Source: Octopus vulgaris (lineage: Eukaryota). Taken from it: a stretch of DNA of 64,000 nucleotides. The translations under genes and the position numbers were made by a program. The stretch covers positions 79,174,001 to 79,238,000 of the forward strand of contig OX597817.1 in assembly GCA_951406725.2 (NCBI GenBank). Reading direction: 5' to 3'. A model generated the notes under the pieces. That model was not told where the DNA came from, ran no database searches, and saw only the letters and a program-made list of their open reading frames with translations. Position 1 is the stretch's first letter. The number at the start of each line of letters is the position of its first letter. Shown one piece after another: positions 12,776 through 26,218 of the stretch.

Positions 12776-13724
12776 GTTTATGCGTGTACGATATGTCCCT
12801 TATTTGACTATATTAGTCAACAGTACGAGTGATGTAAATCGTCAGATGCCGTAGCGCATCAAGAATACTTTAAAGACAATTTACAAATGACAGATGACAG
12901 ATTAACATTGGGTAATGACTGATGTAGATGTGGTCCTTGTTTATAATCCCTGTTTATTTAATGAAGTTTGCATTGAGCTCCTTTTGTTTTATACCACAAA
13001 GTGAATACACCCACATGCGAGCGCATGCGCACGTACACTTTTTCAGTTCACCACCACTAAAATAAATTTTGATGACAGCTTACAAAATAACCAAAAACTC
13101 TGTCTGTCTGTATGTGTGTGTGCGCTCGCGCGCGCGCGTGTTTAACACAAATATATCAAAAGAAATGCAAACATAGGTGTAACGTTTTCATTGACTGAAA
13201 TACATCAGTCGGACATGTTATTTTAGAGTCACCCTTCCTCCATACAAAGATACTACTGCTCAACATATACTATATCACATGCGATGCATATTTTCCATTC
13301 TACAACCCAACATGCGAATCTTTTATAAAAATAAAATGCTCGATTATGCACTGTTGTACCTACTTCTTCACCACAGTTACATCTGTGTCATCGAATCGCT
13401 GACCCTGGAGACTGTCCTTTATTGAATCAAACGTACCTGTTATAACTCTTTATCTCGATTTGAATGTACTTGAAGGTTTTTAGAATGCTCAAACTTATTT
13501 CTGCAAATGTGCTAAGACTGATGGCGATCGTAGTTTAATCAATAAGCGTAGGAGTGAGGTAAATGAAACAAAAAATAGTGGGGGAGGGTTTATTGGGGAG
13601 ATCCATTAGGCGGCCCTTAAAAAAATAGACACCCTTAAGATATTCCCTGGGATTAGGGGAGTTGCTGGTTTGAGTTGCGTTGTCCTTACACCAGTAGTTT
13701 AGGAGGAGTTATATATATACATAC

Positions 13725-13980
13725 AGGCATGGCTGTGTGGTAAGAAGCTTGCTTTCCAACCATATGGTTCCGAGTTCAGTCCCACTGCGTGGCACCTTGG
13801 GCAAGTAACTTCTACCATAATCTCGGACCTACCAAAGCCTTGTGAGTAGATTTGGAAGACGGAAATTGAAAGAAGCCCATTGTGCATATATAGATGTATG
13901 CATATTTATGGAAGTGCGTTTTTGTGTCTGTGTTTGTCCCTTACACCATCGCTTGACAACCGATGCTGGTGTGTTTATGT
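13725..13980 (+). mobile_element. SINE family A, 5' part
   Basis: Head, core and start of body; interrupted by a mariner fragment. Confidence 0.85.
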
Positions 13981-13984
13981 ATCC

Positions 13985-14180
13985 GTCAGCAGATGCTAAA
14001 TCTCGGCTGTGCAGTGGACAGGAGACCAGTGATCAGCCCAATTTTTGCCAATTGCTTAATTTGTTTTGGAAGACGTGTATGGCAACGCATTATCATGGCG
14101 AATGTAGACCGTTATCAGAATCCTGCTCAATCACGTTTTTTCTCTCAGCTTATCTTAGTGTCCCGATATATCTCTCGCTG
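13985..14180 (-). mobile_element. Decayed mariner transposase fragment
   Basis: HDNALPYTS... and LVSCPLHSRDLASAD resemble HDNARPH and HPPYSPDLAPSD. Confidence 0.65.
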
Positions 14181-14959
14181 TTCACAACGTAGCCGTTTTC
14201 TAGTATCACCGGGGTTTCGTCTGGCTGGAGTGTGAGATAATTATGAATTAGGCTGGGCTGAGAGTGTTGGAAACGAACGAAACATTTTGTAATATATTTA
14301 TTCAAAGAAAGGCTGCATATACATGAGTTTTCACGTAATAACTGTTAGTAACTCAGGATATAAGGATTGACTTTCATAGTGTCTAAATTTTAGTCATTCA
14401 TGGCTTACTCGAGTGACAAAAACGAATTGGTCTTGAATGAAAATTGAGATGTGTGCTTATCCGAATCTGCTCTCATTTCTGGTGTTTGCTTTGGACAAGG
14501 GCAAAATAGCGTGTATTTACTATTTATCTCAGCCATTGGTTTTCTTGAACAGAGACGCAAGGAGATAAGAGTCTATCAAATATTGCTAAGCCCCTGCGAC
14601 TGATTTGGGCGGGTAGTAAAGAAAAAGGTATAACTCAAGAATTTATTTCCATTTATATATTCTGTACAGTTGCTCTTTCGCTAAGTTCCACTCAAAAACA
14701 TTAGTTAGCCTAAGTAGCAGTCGAAGACAGTTGACCAAATTTCCATGTTATACAAATGAAAGCCTTAATCTCAGACTCATAGCTACACCTCTATATAATA
14801 AAGATATAAATGAATATATATATATAGCTATTTGCCTTGTCTACGTTTCTAATACTGCTTGTAAATTTACTGAACAACAAACACATACATACATGTATTC
14901 ATCTTGTATGTATGTATGTATGTATGTATGTATGTATGTATAAATGTATATATTTATAT

Positions 14960-15050
<91 letters not shown>

Positions 15051-15449
15051 CATATAGATAGATAAATGTACGTGTGTGAGTGTGCTTATGTTTCGCATGT
15101 GGGTGAGCATTTGATTTAGTGAGCACGTGTGCACATACACACACATATCAATTACACAGGTTAGATTCTGATATCGTAGCTTGATTGCATTTGATAAGGT
15201 TTCAATGATTTTTAATTTTCTCCCAAGCTGAAGCACTATAGTACGATAATTACAGAAAATAAATAAATAAAGACCAGTAAATTCATGAAAAATATAGTTC
15301 TCGCTAGATAATTCTAATGCACTTTTAATTTTTACGCTGGAAGACTCTCATGTACTTTTAAATTTCTTCTGAACTTGATTGAACTAAAGAATATAAAGAA
15401 AAATATATATGTATATATATTGTTATTGCAAATCACTGCTTGACCACCA

Positions 15450-16850
15450 TGGTTTGCCCCAGTTTTTATGTGATCCATACTGGAATGCTTGCTCTTGTAG
15501 AAGGGTTTCGTCGTAATAGTCAGAAGGTCCTTTTGCTTCTAACTCTCTTCACATAGGTTTAATAACCCAGGACTTATGATGTGCTGAAATTGCAGCATCT
15601 GTAGGAGTTCTTGAACTTTGGATTAAATATGGACACCTTTTGTAAAGCATGACATCCGATAACTCAGTCTGTCTGACGTTACCGCAATCCTGGGATTAGA
15701 AAGAAGACTAGGGTTGCGTAACTACCAGCTGAAATATTGTCAAGGATACACAGAAATGCTGTCGGTTGTGTGCTTCGGAGAAACCGTTCTGCCTGCACTT
15801 GTTCGATTTCCGAACATTCTTTTCTACTTTAGGCACAAGGCCCGAAATTTTGGGGTAAGGGGGCCAGTCGGTCAGACTGATCCCAGTACGCAATTGGTAT
15901 TTAATTTACATACCCCGAAAGAACGAAAGGGGAAGTCGACCTCGGGGGAATTTGAACTCAGAGCGTAGTGGCAGACGAAATACCGGTAAGCATTTCGCCC
16001 GGCATCCAACAGTTCTTATTTCTTTACTGCCCACAAGGGGCTACAAACAGAGGGGACAAACAAGGACAGACAAACGAATTAAGTCGATTATATCGACCTC
16101 AGTGCGTAACTGGTACTTAATTTATCGACCCCGAAAGGATGAAAGGTAAAGTCAACCTCGGCGGAATTTGGACTCAGAATGTAGCGGCAGACGAAATACC
16201 TATTTCTTTACTACCCACAAGGGGCTAAACACAGAGGGAACAAACAAGGACAGCCATAGGTATTAAGTCGATTATATCGGCCCCAGTTCGTAACTGGTAC
16301 TTAATTTATCGACCCCGAAAGGATGAAAGGCAAAGTCGACTTCGGCGGAATTTGAACTCAGAACATAACGACAGACGAAATACCGCTAAGCATTTCGCCC
16401 GGCGTGCTAACGTTTTTGCCAGCTCGCCGCCGTTCGATTTCTGAACATTGCTGAAATATGGAATTGCCCAGTTCATTGCAATATTATTCCCGGCTCCTTC
16501 TTTTGATCAGGAAAGTTAGGCATTTTCCAATTGTTTGGCGGGTGTAGTGAAAGCAGTTGAGCGGCGAACAACATAAAAAGAACGGAGAACAGAATTTTTT
16601 TTTCAACCAAGCTCCTATCAAACTTCTTCAATTTGGGAAAAACTTCTGCCCCACATTTAATTTGTTGAAAGGGAGATGAGAGTGGTGAGAGTACCGAATA
16701 TGACCCATGTAAATGGGTCTGCACACACCCTGCAATTGTTTAATTGAAAGAAAAACGATGGAGAGATGTCATATCGCTATGGCAGTTAGTTTATATGCCG
16801 ATGTTTTCATGATTGTTTTCTTCATGATCGAAATTTTCGTAAGCCTCCAA
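15450..16850 (-). mobile_element. Old LINE ORF2 C-terminal remnant split by a SINE
   Basis: Joined across the SINE it reads E*YCNELGNSIFQQCSEIEQVQAERFLRS...SYATL, resembling LEYCSxVWxP...IExVQRRFLR...SY. Heavily decayed. Confidence 0.5.
15819..16431 (-). mobile_element. SINE family B multimer with 18-bp target-site duplication
   Basis: TSD GTTCGATTTC(C/T)GAACATT at 15801-15818 and 16432-16449; three body units. Confidence 0.92.
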
Positions 16851-16989
16851 CGTTTGTATAATTCATCCCGCTAATATAATCCGTAATTCATGGACTAAAT
16901 AAAGAAATAGTTATTACTTTTTGTAAGAGATTATTATTATTGTTGTCGTTATTGTTGTTGTTATTGTTATTATTGTTGTTGTTATTGTT

Positions 16990-17115
<126 letters not shown>

Positions 17116-17119
17116 GTTA

Positions 17120-17496
17120 TTGAGTGAGAGAGCAGTGCATGCCATCAAAGTGACACCGGGGTAAAATATGCGAAGCCCAGTATATCCGTCATGACTATCC
17201 GTCTGATAAGAGTAGACTAGGTACATGCATCACAACCATGTGTGCACGACATGGTGATCTCATACCAAGATTAACAGCACATGATCTTGCAGATGGTGGG
17301 GGAGGGCAGTTAGAATTTTCTTCATGTCGAATAGCCCATCCTGCTCAAAAGGTCCCTGAATAAGTGTTGTTTAAGGATGATGAACGAAACACCTATGTTT
17401 CCAGAGGTGAATTACCCAAACCCCAAAGAATTCCTTTCAACACATGGCTATGATGCTCCCCAACTATCGTCAGCCACTAAGGGACATGCTCAACTG

Positions 17497-17497
<1 letters not shown>
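17120..17497. mobile_element. About 380-bp non-coding insert bounded by (TAA)n on both sides
   Basis: Complex, higher-GC sequence between pure (ATT)n tracts, adjacent to a Dong/R4 fragment. No ORF recognised. Confidence 0.5.
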
Positions 17498-17564
<67 letters not shown>

Positions 17565-17568
<4 letters not shown>

Positions 17569-18107
17569 TTGATTTTTGTTTTGTATTTATATAAGTTGAC
17601 TCCAAGACTTACTCGGAGACCTCAAGAGACAAGTTAGAAGTTCATGTTGCTGTTATGCCTAGGGTGTCATATATTTGGTTTTGCACATAGTATTGTTCTA
17701 GAGAATGTTTAAGAAAACACAAGAAAATTATGTGTTTGTTTTAAATTTTGAGATTACATACACAGTATGTCTATGTAATCTCATAGACATTCTGACATTA
17801 CAGTATGTCTATGGGCACTTCCCATGAGCACTATATTTTGAATTTCTGACATTTCGGGGTTTCCTAGTATCTGAGCTAGGTAGGAATGAACCCCTTTTAC
17901 TATGAATCCTAGGGCACCTATGACTACAGGTATTTTTCTAGTCTTGAGGGTCCACATTTTGCCAGTTTCTATTTCATGATCTTTATACTTGCTCAGTTTT
18001 TGGTAGCTCTTGACAGATACATGTATGTCAATTGGGACAGTCATATCAATAAGGAGGCATGATTTTTGTCTGAAGTCTTTCAATATAATGTCTGGCCTAT
18101 TCGCATC
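17565..18107 (-). mobile_element. R4/Dong-clade non-LTR retrotransposon 3' end (restriction-like endonuclease) in (TAA)n
   Basis: NRPDIILKD...CLLIDMTVPID...KLSKYKD.EIE..KMW...IPVVIGALG is a PD..D RLE motif. Both ends abut (TAA)n. Confidence 0.88.
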
Positions 18108-18194
<87 letters not shown>

Positions 18195-19025
18195 TAGGCG
18201 AAATGGCAGAGGCATTAGAAAGTTAGAAAATTACCTTGCGGTTTTTCTTCCGGTGTAGATCGCCGATAAAATAAAGTGCCCGTAAGTACTGAAGACGATG
18301 TATTAACTAACTCCCATCCTTCAGAATGTTTTGTCTCGTATCGAAATTAGAAACTCATCATCATCGTCGTCACCATAGTCATAATCATATTACCCTTGTC
18401 TCTGAGCTGCCCTGGTTACAAATATCGACGATCCACAAGTTGACATTGGCTTCCATAAATTTATCGAACGAAAACTGGAATTAACACGGTTAATATCTAA
18501 TATTGTTGTAGATATATTTGCTTAAAAACAGGCTTAAATATACTCAGTGCCTTCCTTAATTAGAGAAATATTTCCTCTCACCGTCGTCTGGATTCAAGTG
18601 TGCCGGTCAATCAATTTCTTCAAAAAACGTCAAGTCCGACAGGGAGGAGAAGTGTGTCATACTCATAATGGTTGGGGCAACACTAACTCTTAAGCTGTCG
18701 TCAGCATTAAAATTTGTTCACATCAAAGCAAAAATGTGACTTTTCTAAAGATTTTTCAGAGATATGTGATAGCAAGTACGTAGGTGTTAGCTCTGATAGC
18801 ATCATTAATTGTATCATGCAACACAACACCTCTCTAATGGTGTTGTTTTCTGCCTCGCTGCACCACAATTTAAGACTATAAGGAATACAACTATTACCAC
18901 TGCCAACAACACCAACGCCATCATTGGTATCATCAATAACAAAATACTAGAAATTATACATAATGGAGGTAGAGACTATAAAAATGTTAGCATCATATAA
19001 ATCAGCAATATAGATAATGAGAATA

Positions 19026-19590
19026 AGGCGGAAAGCTGGCAGCAACGTTAGCACGCCGGGCGAAATGCTTAGCGGTATTTCGTCTGCGTTACGTTGTGAG
19101 TTCAAATTCCGCGAGGTCGACTTTGCCTTTCATCCTTTCGGGGTCGATAAATTAAGTACCAGTTACGCACTGGGGTCGATGTAATCGACTTAATACCTAT
19201 GTCTGTACTTGTTTGTCCCCTCTGTGTTTAGCCTCTTGTGGATAATAAAGAAATAGGTATTTCGTCTGCCGTTACGTTCTGAGTTCAAATTCCGCCGAGG
19301 TCGGCTTTGCCTTTCATCCTTTCGGGGTCGATTAAATAAGTACCAGTTAGGCACTGGGGTCGATGTAATCGGCTTAATCCGTTTGTCTGTCCTTGTTTGT
19401 CCCCTCTGTGTGTTGTAATGAAATAGGCATTTCGTTCGTCTTCATATTCTGAGTTCAAATTCCGCCGAGGGTGACTTTGCCTTTCATCTTTCGGGGTTCG
19501 ATAATATAAATATCACTTGTGCACTGGTTCGTTTTAAACAAATTACTCCTTCCCTAAAATTGCTGGCCTTGTGCCAAAATTTGAAACCCG
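19026..19590 (+). mobile_element. SINE family B trimer
   Basis: One head and three tandem bodies, with GAAATAG|G(T/C)ATTTCGT junctions at about 19257 and 19427. Confidence 0.9.
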
Positions 19591-20554
19591 TATAAATATT
19601 GAGAATTTCGCAGAAAAGTCAAAGGAAGCAAATGATATTAGCAATATTATTAAGATCAACATCAGTAGCAGACGCAAAAGACAGAAAGAATTTAATGCGA
19701 TCAAAATTCATCGGGTGGGCAACGAATTCTAATAGTTTCACTTTTTTCAGGGCAAGGGATTCCGCATAGATTACTAGTGTTCAAATTACAACACAAAAGT
19801 CATCATTCATCTACCTACGTTTAATGAAGATATAGCTCAGATGACAAGCAAAGCAAGTGGAGAGGTTACATTAGATCATATGTCTTTATTTCAGTTCACT
19901 ATTGAAATATTAGACAGTGAGGTACACCTACCGTTGCCGGGATAAATGAAGCTGTAAAAACCAGGTGGATAAATATTTCTAAACGAATTACCAAAGGATT
20001 ATTTAGGCTCATAGATTCTATGTCTTCAAGAAAATATAACCTTAAAAATCGTGACGAACACTCGTGCGACTGGTTAGTTTAGAAGTGATGCAAAATAAAT
20101 AAATAAATAAATATAAATAAATAATATAAAATAAAATAGATTAAAGAAAGCATCTTTCGGTTTACTGTTATTGTCTAACAAGTAACATTCCGCATCAATA
20201 ATATTCTACTGTTTCTGCTATTTCGTTGGAACAAATAACAAGTGGAGGTGACTTACTTGAAAATTATCAGAGCCTGATAATAAACTTGTGTCCTTCAAAA
20301 ATTTTGAATATCAATAGGTGAAAGTTGGAAATTCGACCATCTTATAAATCGTCTGCTTATGGTTATGGTCTTCGGGTCAAAAAAACATTCACAAGTAGAA
20401 AAACTCTAGTAGATGTTTTTAGAATTTGTACTGAATGTTCATTCCTTTCTTGGGGGGATGAGAAATAACGTTTAAGAGAAAACACGATATTGTTTGTGAA
20501 AAATAAAATCAATGGAAATTTCGATGGGATTTTTGGAAGCGGTCGGTCATTTAG

Positions 20555-20966
20555 CTTACTCTTTTAATCTTTTACTTGTTTCAGTTATTTGACTGCGGCC
20601 ATACTGGAGCAGCACCTTTAGTAGAGCAAATCGACCCCAGGACTTATTCTTTGTAAGTCTAGTACTTATTCTATTTTGCCGAACCGCTAAGTTACGGGGA
20701 CGTAAACACACCAACATCGGTTGTCAAGCGATGTTGCGGGGACAAACACAGATACACAAACATACACACGCACACACACACATATATATATACATATATA
20801 TACAACGGGCTTCTTTCAGTTTCCGTCTACCAAATCCACTCACATGGCTTTGGTCGGCCCGAAGCTATACTAGAAGACACTTGCCCAAGGTGCCACGCAG
20901 TGGGACTTAACTCGGGACCATGTGGTTGGTAAGCAAGCTACTTACCACACAGCCACTCCTACGCCT
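20555..20966 (-). mobile_element. SINE family A, full length
   Basis: Matches the other family A copies. Confidence 0.9.
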
Positions 20967-21101
20967 ATTGAAAAATTAAAATGAACGAAGGAATGAAGGG
21001 CCATTACTTTTCCCTCAAAAGTCAAAATGACTTCATTAGTGTTGAGCCGATCACGTTACAAAAGCTATTTAAACAGAAGGTGAATTTGCAATATAGCAGT
21101 A

Positions 21102-21317
21102 AGAGGAGGTGGTGAAAAGTTCCTGGCTTTGAGTAAAAGAAAACACAGAAGCATCAGTTAATTATGATTTTATTAAACAGTTTCCTCTCTCAGATTCACA
21201 CACTTATTGCAGTGGTCCTTCAGTTTTTCTAAGCCCTGTAAAAGAACTCGGCATGTTGACTCCAATGAGGCCTTTCACATTCATCCTTAAAACCAAGAAC
21301 TTTTCAGCTCCCCCTTG
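21102..21317 (-). mobile_element. Mariner-derived MITE with TIRs and TA flanks
   Basis: AGAGGAGGTGGTGAAAAGTTCCTGGCTTT ... AAAACCAAGAACTTTTCAGCTCCCCCTTG, TA on both sides. Homologous to 2552-2770. Confidence 0.8.
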
Positions 21318-22494
21318 TATATATAATCACGCATATAATTTCTGATTCCTCATTTATGGAACAAACTATATTGGTAATATAATTTGTTACCTTAACAAAG
21401 TTAAGGTCTAATATGAAGTAAAAGACAGTCTTGATTAAGGTCTAATATGAAGTAACAGAAAGTCTTGATTTCATTGTCTGTAATCATGAGAATGGGGACG
21501 ATGTGATGAAGGTAATATTTGATTGAATTAAAAAAACACGATAAAATGATATTCCATTCACTACATTTCATGAACAAAGTTTTGGCACTGGTAGTAATGT
21601 GTTTGGTCGATATAATGATTGTTAAGTTCAATCTATTTGCTGTACCTTGTGCCTGCTTTTAAAGTCTTAATTTGGATGGCATTAGCGCAGTTGAATGCTG
21701 CAATGAAGTCGCTTTATTTCATTTTTACAACATATTTAATAGTAACCTCCAATGATGGCAAATTCTAAAATATTGTATAGAGATTTCGCTGCGTGCTACA
21801 TCTGATACTTAACTATCGGCAAGAGTTGAATGCTTTGGAGTCTTTAGTAACTCACATTATTGTCTTACAAGGAAAAAAAAGAGCAATTATATCTTTGCTC
21901 AGAGTCATCTAACGCGGAAAACAGTTTCAATTGTAAAAGGCATTTCAACTTATTTAAAATCCTTTGAGTGCATTATTACGGCGTCAATTAGGATCAAAAA
22001 TTAAATCGACAATTCATTATTGAATTGCCTGTTCTTCAAGTCAAGAATGCTAGAACTAATGAGGAAGGGAATAATTTGAAATCCTTAAAAGATGCGCCAA
22101 GTCCTTTACTTCAAAAATGGAGCAGTCTTCTTAGAGAAAATGTTGGAAGGGGCTGTTGAAAACATTGGAAACCCAAATGAATTTTCCAAAGGAACAAGAG
22201 ATAAAAGTTCTTTAGTGAAAACGGAAGACGTAATGCATGTTTTAGATTTACCGTAGAAATAGTGCAAGTTATAATTGATCTGATTGATTCCAACATTTCA
22301 TGACACTTCAATGTTGTGCCTTACATCAGTAATTTCTTTTAATTCCATTGGAAATATTCTGAAATAGGAATGGGCTCAGTTTTTATCACTTGTGTGGAAT
22401 GTGTATATAATCGAATATAGTAATTGATACGCAAAATGAAATATTCCTTTAAAAATCAGTAACTGAATCCAATAATTCTCCAAACCGTACAGGT

Positions 22495-22865
22495 ACAGGC
22501 ATGGCTATGTATTTAAGAAGAACACTTTGTAACCACATGGTTTCAGGTTCAGTTCCACTGTGCGACACTTGGGCTAATGTCTTTTACTATAATCTCGGAC
22601 AAGATCACTCAGCGACATGTGAGTGAATTTGGTTGACGGAAACAGTTTGAAAACCAGTCGTGTGTGTGTGTATGTGTTTGCCACCCCACCACTTGACAAA
22701 CGAAATTGGTTTGTTTATGTCCCAGTAACTTATCGCTTCGGTAACAGAGAGTGATAGAGTAAGTTCTAGGCCTTACTGCGGTCGGTTTGTTCGAGTAAAC
22801 CTTTCAAGACAGTGTCCAAGAACGGTTTCACTCTAATGACTGATGTATGTAAAAGACAAAAGAAG
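22495..22865 (+). mobile_element. SINE family A, diverged
   Basis: Recognisable head, core, GACGGAAAC segment and tail. Confidence 0.75.
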
Positions 22866-23364
22866 ATAAATACGAATTCAATCAGAATCTGTTACGATGA
22901 AAAGCAACGAAATGCAAATATACAGCAGTCTAAGACCAGAGGTTATATCCCTGATGAACGTGCTTTGTTAAAAAACACACTACATATGATGGGGTGTGAA
23001 CAAAATTCATCCAATCGGATTTTTTCTCGGGCTGGCCGCTATTGTAAATACCAGTGATGATATCCTGCTTTTATCTTGTTTTTGGATCACTTGGTTTTGT
23101 AGACAGCAATTTTTGTGGTTTTTATGTAAGTTGTTATTCACTTTAAATTTCAATACACGCATTACCGACAGTCGTTGTCAGCAACACCTACTATCATATA
23201 ATACGTCAGTGATAGTCATACACTCATTTACGAGCTGACAACCACCTATATGTAGTGTGTGCATGTATGTATGTATGTATGTATGTATGTATGTATGTAT
23301 GTATGTATGTATGTGTGTATGTATGTATGTATGTATGTATGTATGTATGTATGTATGCATAGAT

Positions 23365-23400
<36 letters not shown>

Positions 23401-24038
23401 TTGTATGTATGTATGTATGTATGTATGTATGTATGTATGTATGTATGTATGTATGTATGTATGTATAAATGCATGCATGTATGTATATGTGCAGATATGT
23501 CTGTTTTGTTTTATGCATGTATTCTCATACTTATAGTTTCATGCTTAGACATGCTTATATATACTTAAATGACAAACTTCTGGAAAGTTTTACAGATTTT
23601 TACAGTTCCAGTCTTGGATTGGATCTGTATTCTTCAAATTAGCTTTCGCCATTCTGGATTTGAGAAGCCTAATTTCTCAAGATTGATATTTAGGCAGTGT
23701 GCCCCAATAATTACAGGTATAAACCTGAACTTGTGATCTGGATAGAGTAGCAGTAGATTCATGAATAGTTCGTATGTATGTATATCCCCTTTCTTTTTTT
23801 AATTTAGAGTAAATTTTGACCGACCACCAACTTGGTAACAAGGTTGTGAAGGCAAATATCTTCTTTTAACTACTATCAGGAATGGCTGTGTGGTAAGTAG
23901 CTTGCTTACCAACCCCATAGTTCCGTATTCAATACCACTGCGTGGCATCTTGGGCAGGTGTCTTCTACTATAGCTTCGGGCCGACCAAAACCTTGTGAGT
24001 GGATTTGGTAGACCGAAACTGAAAGAAGTTCGCCGTTG

Positions 24039-24095
<57 letters not shown>

Positions 24096-24128
24096 TATAT
24101 ATGGTATATATCTATATCTAGTTCGCCG

Positions 24129-24200
<72 letters not shown>

Positions 24201-24789
24201 CTATATCTAGATATATATCTATATCTATATATATACATACATCTCTATTTATAAAACTGAAATGCGAAAAGTTTGTTTGTCTGGTTTTGGCATTGAGAAC
24301 GGGTTAAAGGCCACTAGATCCCGTCGGATTGACTCCAAAATTTACAGGGACATGTAAAATGAGGTGAGGATGCCAGTGGGTTATCTTACAAGGTGTCGTT
24401 GCTAGGGCCAAAAACGCACTTTGACAAGTTTACTCTCATTCTTTTATGTATCTGTCTTCCTCCGTCACTCATTCTCTTTCCTCCCTTCCCATCACTTTCT
24501 ATATATAACGTCGTCTAACAGCGTCTAACTCCCCTTCACTTTCTCTTTATAACGTCGCGTCACGGCGTCCTATATCTCCCCCTCCTCCCCGCCTTCCACA
24601 GCGCTTTCACACACTCTCTCTCTCTCTACGTCTGTCTGCATTCATAGAGAGAATTGTCATCGCCACAAACAACAAACAATCATGAGAACAAATATTATGA
24701 ATAAGATATTTATTGGGTTAATTTATATATATGTGTGTGTGTGTGTGTTCTATATATAAATATGTATATATAATGTATATATACAAAGT

Positions 24790-25025
24790 GTATATATCTG
24801 TATTTGTGTATATTAAACGTTTTAATACTTTTTGATAGTTATATATATATTTTTAAAAATTATGAATATAAATTACTAATTTTAATTTTAAACTTAAATA
24901 ATTTAAATTTTTCAATTTTATATTTTATATATTTTGTATATTATATTTTTATTTTTAATTTTTGGTTTATGTTTTTCACTGTTTGATTTGCCTATTAGTG
25001 GTTTTATCTCTAATTTTATTTATAC
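24790..25025 (+). repeat. AT-rich dispersed repeat, second copy at about 63230-63590
   Basis: Shared TATTAAAC.TTTTAATAC.TTTTGATAGTT and TTTGGTTTATGTTTTTCACTGTTTGATTTGCC.A.TAGTGGTTTTATCTCTAATTT. Confidence 0.8.
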
Positions 25026-25907
25026 ATATATATATATATAATTTGTATACATTTGTATATATTATGCGTGCACACACACACACATATATATATATAATGT
25101 ATGCATTATGTGGTCGGTTGAGTTGAAAATATGCACACCTATGTTAAAAGTGCTGGCAAGTTTGCATGACAACTATTTTTTCCTCAAATGAAAGGCGTGA
25201 CCTCTAGGACAAAATTCCTCATCTTATAAAATGTGGCCCAGTACACCCGAATGAAATCGGGTTATATTAACCAAAATGTGAAAAGGGGTCTAAATGGGGC
25301 TGGAATGGGGATTAAAATTTAAAGGAGCGGGTGTTTAGGGATTCTCTGTTACATCAAGCTAAAAAATTTGCGCCAGCCTTTTAATCGTCAATGTGTGGCC
25401 GTCCATGATGAAGAAGTTTTGAATGCTTGCAATGGTGAGTCTACTGTCGTCAGAAAGAATCACTTCAAAACTTGGTGTTTAGGAATTTTCTTTTACATCA
25501 AGTTCAAAATTTTACGCCAGCCGTTAAACTCTCAATACGTTGCTGTCCGTCGTTAAGAAATGCCAGCCATGGTGACTCTACTATCCTCAGATTCTATCCC
25601 TTCAAACTTTGGTTTCCAATATTTCATTATTTTTATTCAGCTCGCAAGTTCGTCTGTCCCTTTTAAATGCTAGTGTTTTGCTGTCTGCCTTGAAGCAGTC
25701 CTTTCCGTTGTCACTGCCTGATATTTATGATTGATCTTTCAAAATATTTTATTTCTCAACTTACTCAAGATCTTTTGCTGTTTATAAATGGGAGAGAGAT
25801 AGATAAAGATAGAGAGTAAGAGAAAGCGAGGGAGAGTCCGAGAGAAAAGAAAAGTAAGAGAGTGGGAAAGTGAGAGAGAAAGGAGAGAGAAACAAAGAGG
25901 AGAAACA

Positions 25908-26218
25908 TCATCATCATCATCATCGTTTAACGTCCGTTTTCCGTGCTAACACGGGTTGGACAGTTTGACCGTGATCTGGGAAGCCAGGAGGCTGCACCAG
26001 GCTCCAGTCTGATCTGGCAGTGTTTCTACAGGTGGATGACCTTCCTAACGCCAACCAGTCTGTGAGTGTAGTGGGTGCTTTTTTCGTGCCGCCGGCACAG
26101 GTGCCAGTGGGGCTGGCAGCGGCCACGATCGGTTGGTGCTTTTTACGTACCACCGGCACAGAAGCCAGTCAAGGCGGCGCTGCAATCGGCCACGTTCGGA
26201 TGGTGCTTTTTACGTGCT
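25908..26218 (-). mobile_element. SINE 3' part with GGTTGGCGTTAGGAAGG module, internal 60-65 bp tandem units and (GAT)n tail
   Basis: Minus strand ends ...GGACGTTAAACGATGATGATG. Three GGTGCTTTTT.CGT units. A related module lies at about 61960-61995. Confidence 0.7.

Noticed and set aside
17373-17402. AUGAUGA-AC-GAAA-CA ccua UG-UU resembling an HHR
   Set aside because: No stem II can form, and positions 3 and 8 (A, G) do not pair.
19026-19590. Regularly spaced repeats superficially like a CRISPR array
   Set aside because: Units are about 190-bp SINE bodies with no unique spacers, in a eukaryotic context with no cas genes.
21401-21470. Tandem duplication of about 34 bp
   Set aside because: Two copies only; ordinary local slippage.
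22945-22995. CUGAUGA followed by a short stem
   Set aside because: No GAAA (AAAA instead) and no coherent stem III or cleavage triplet.
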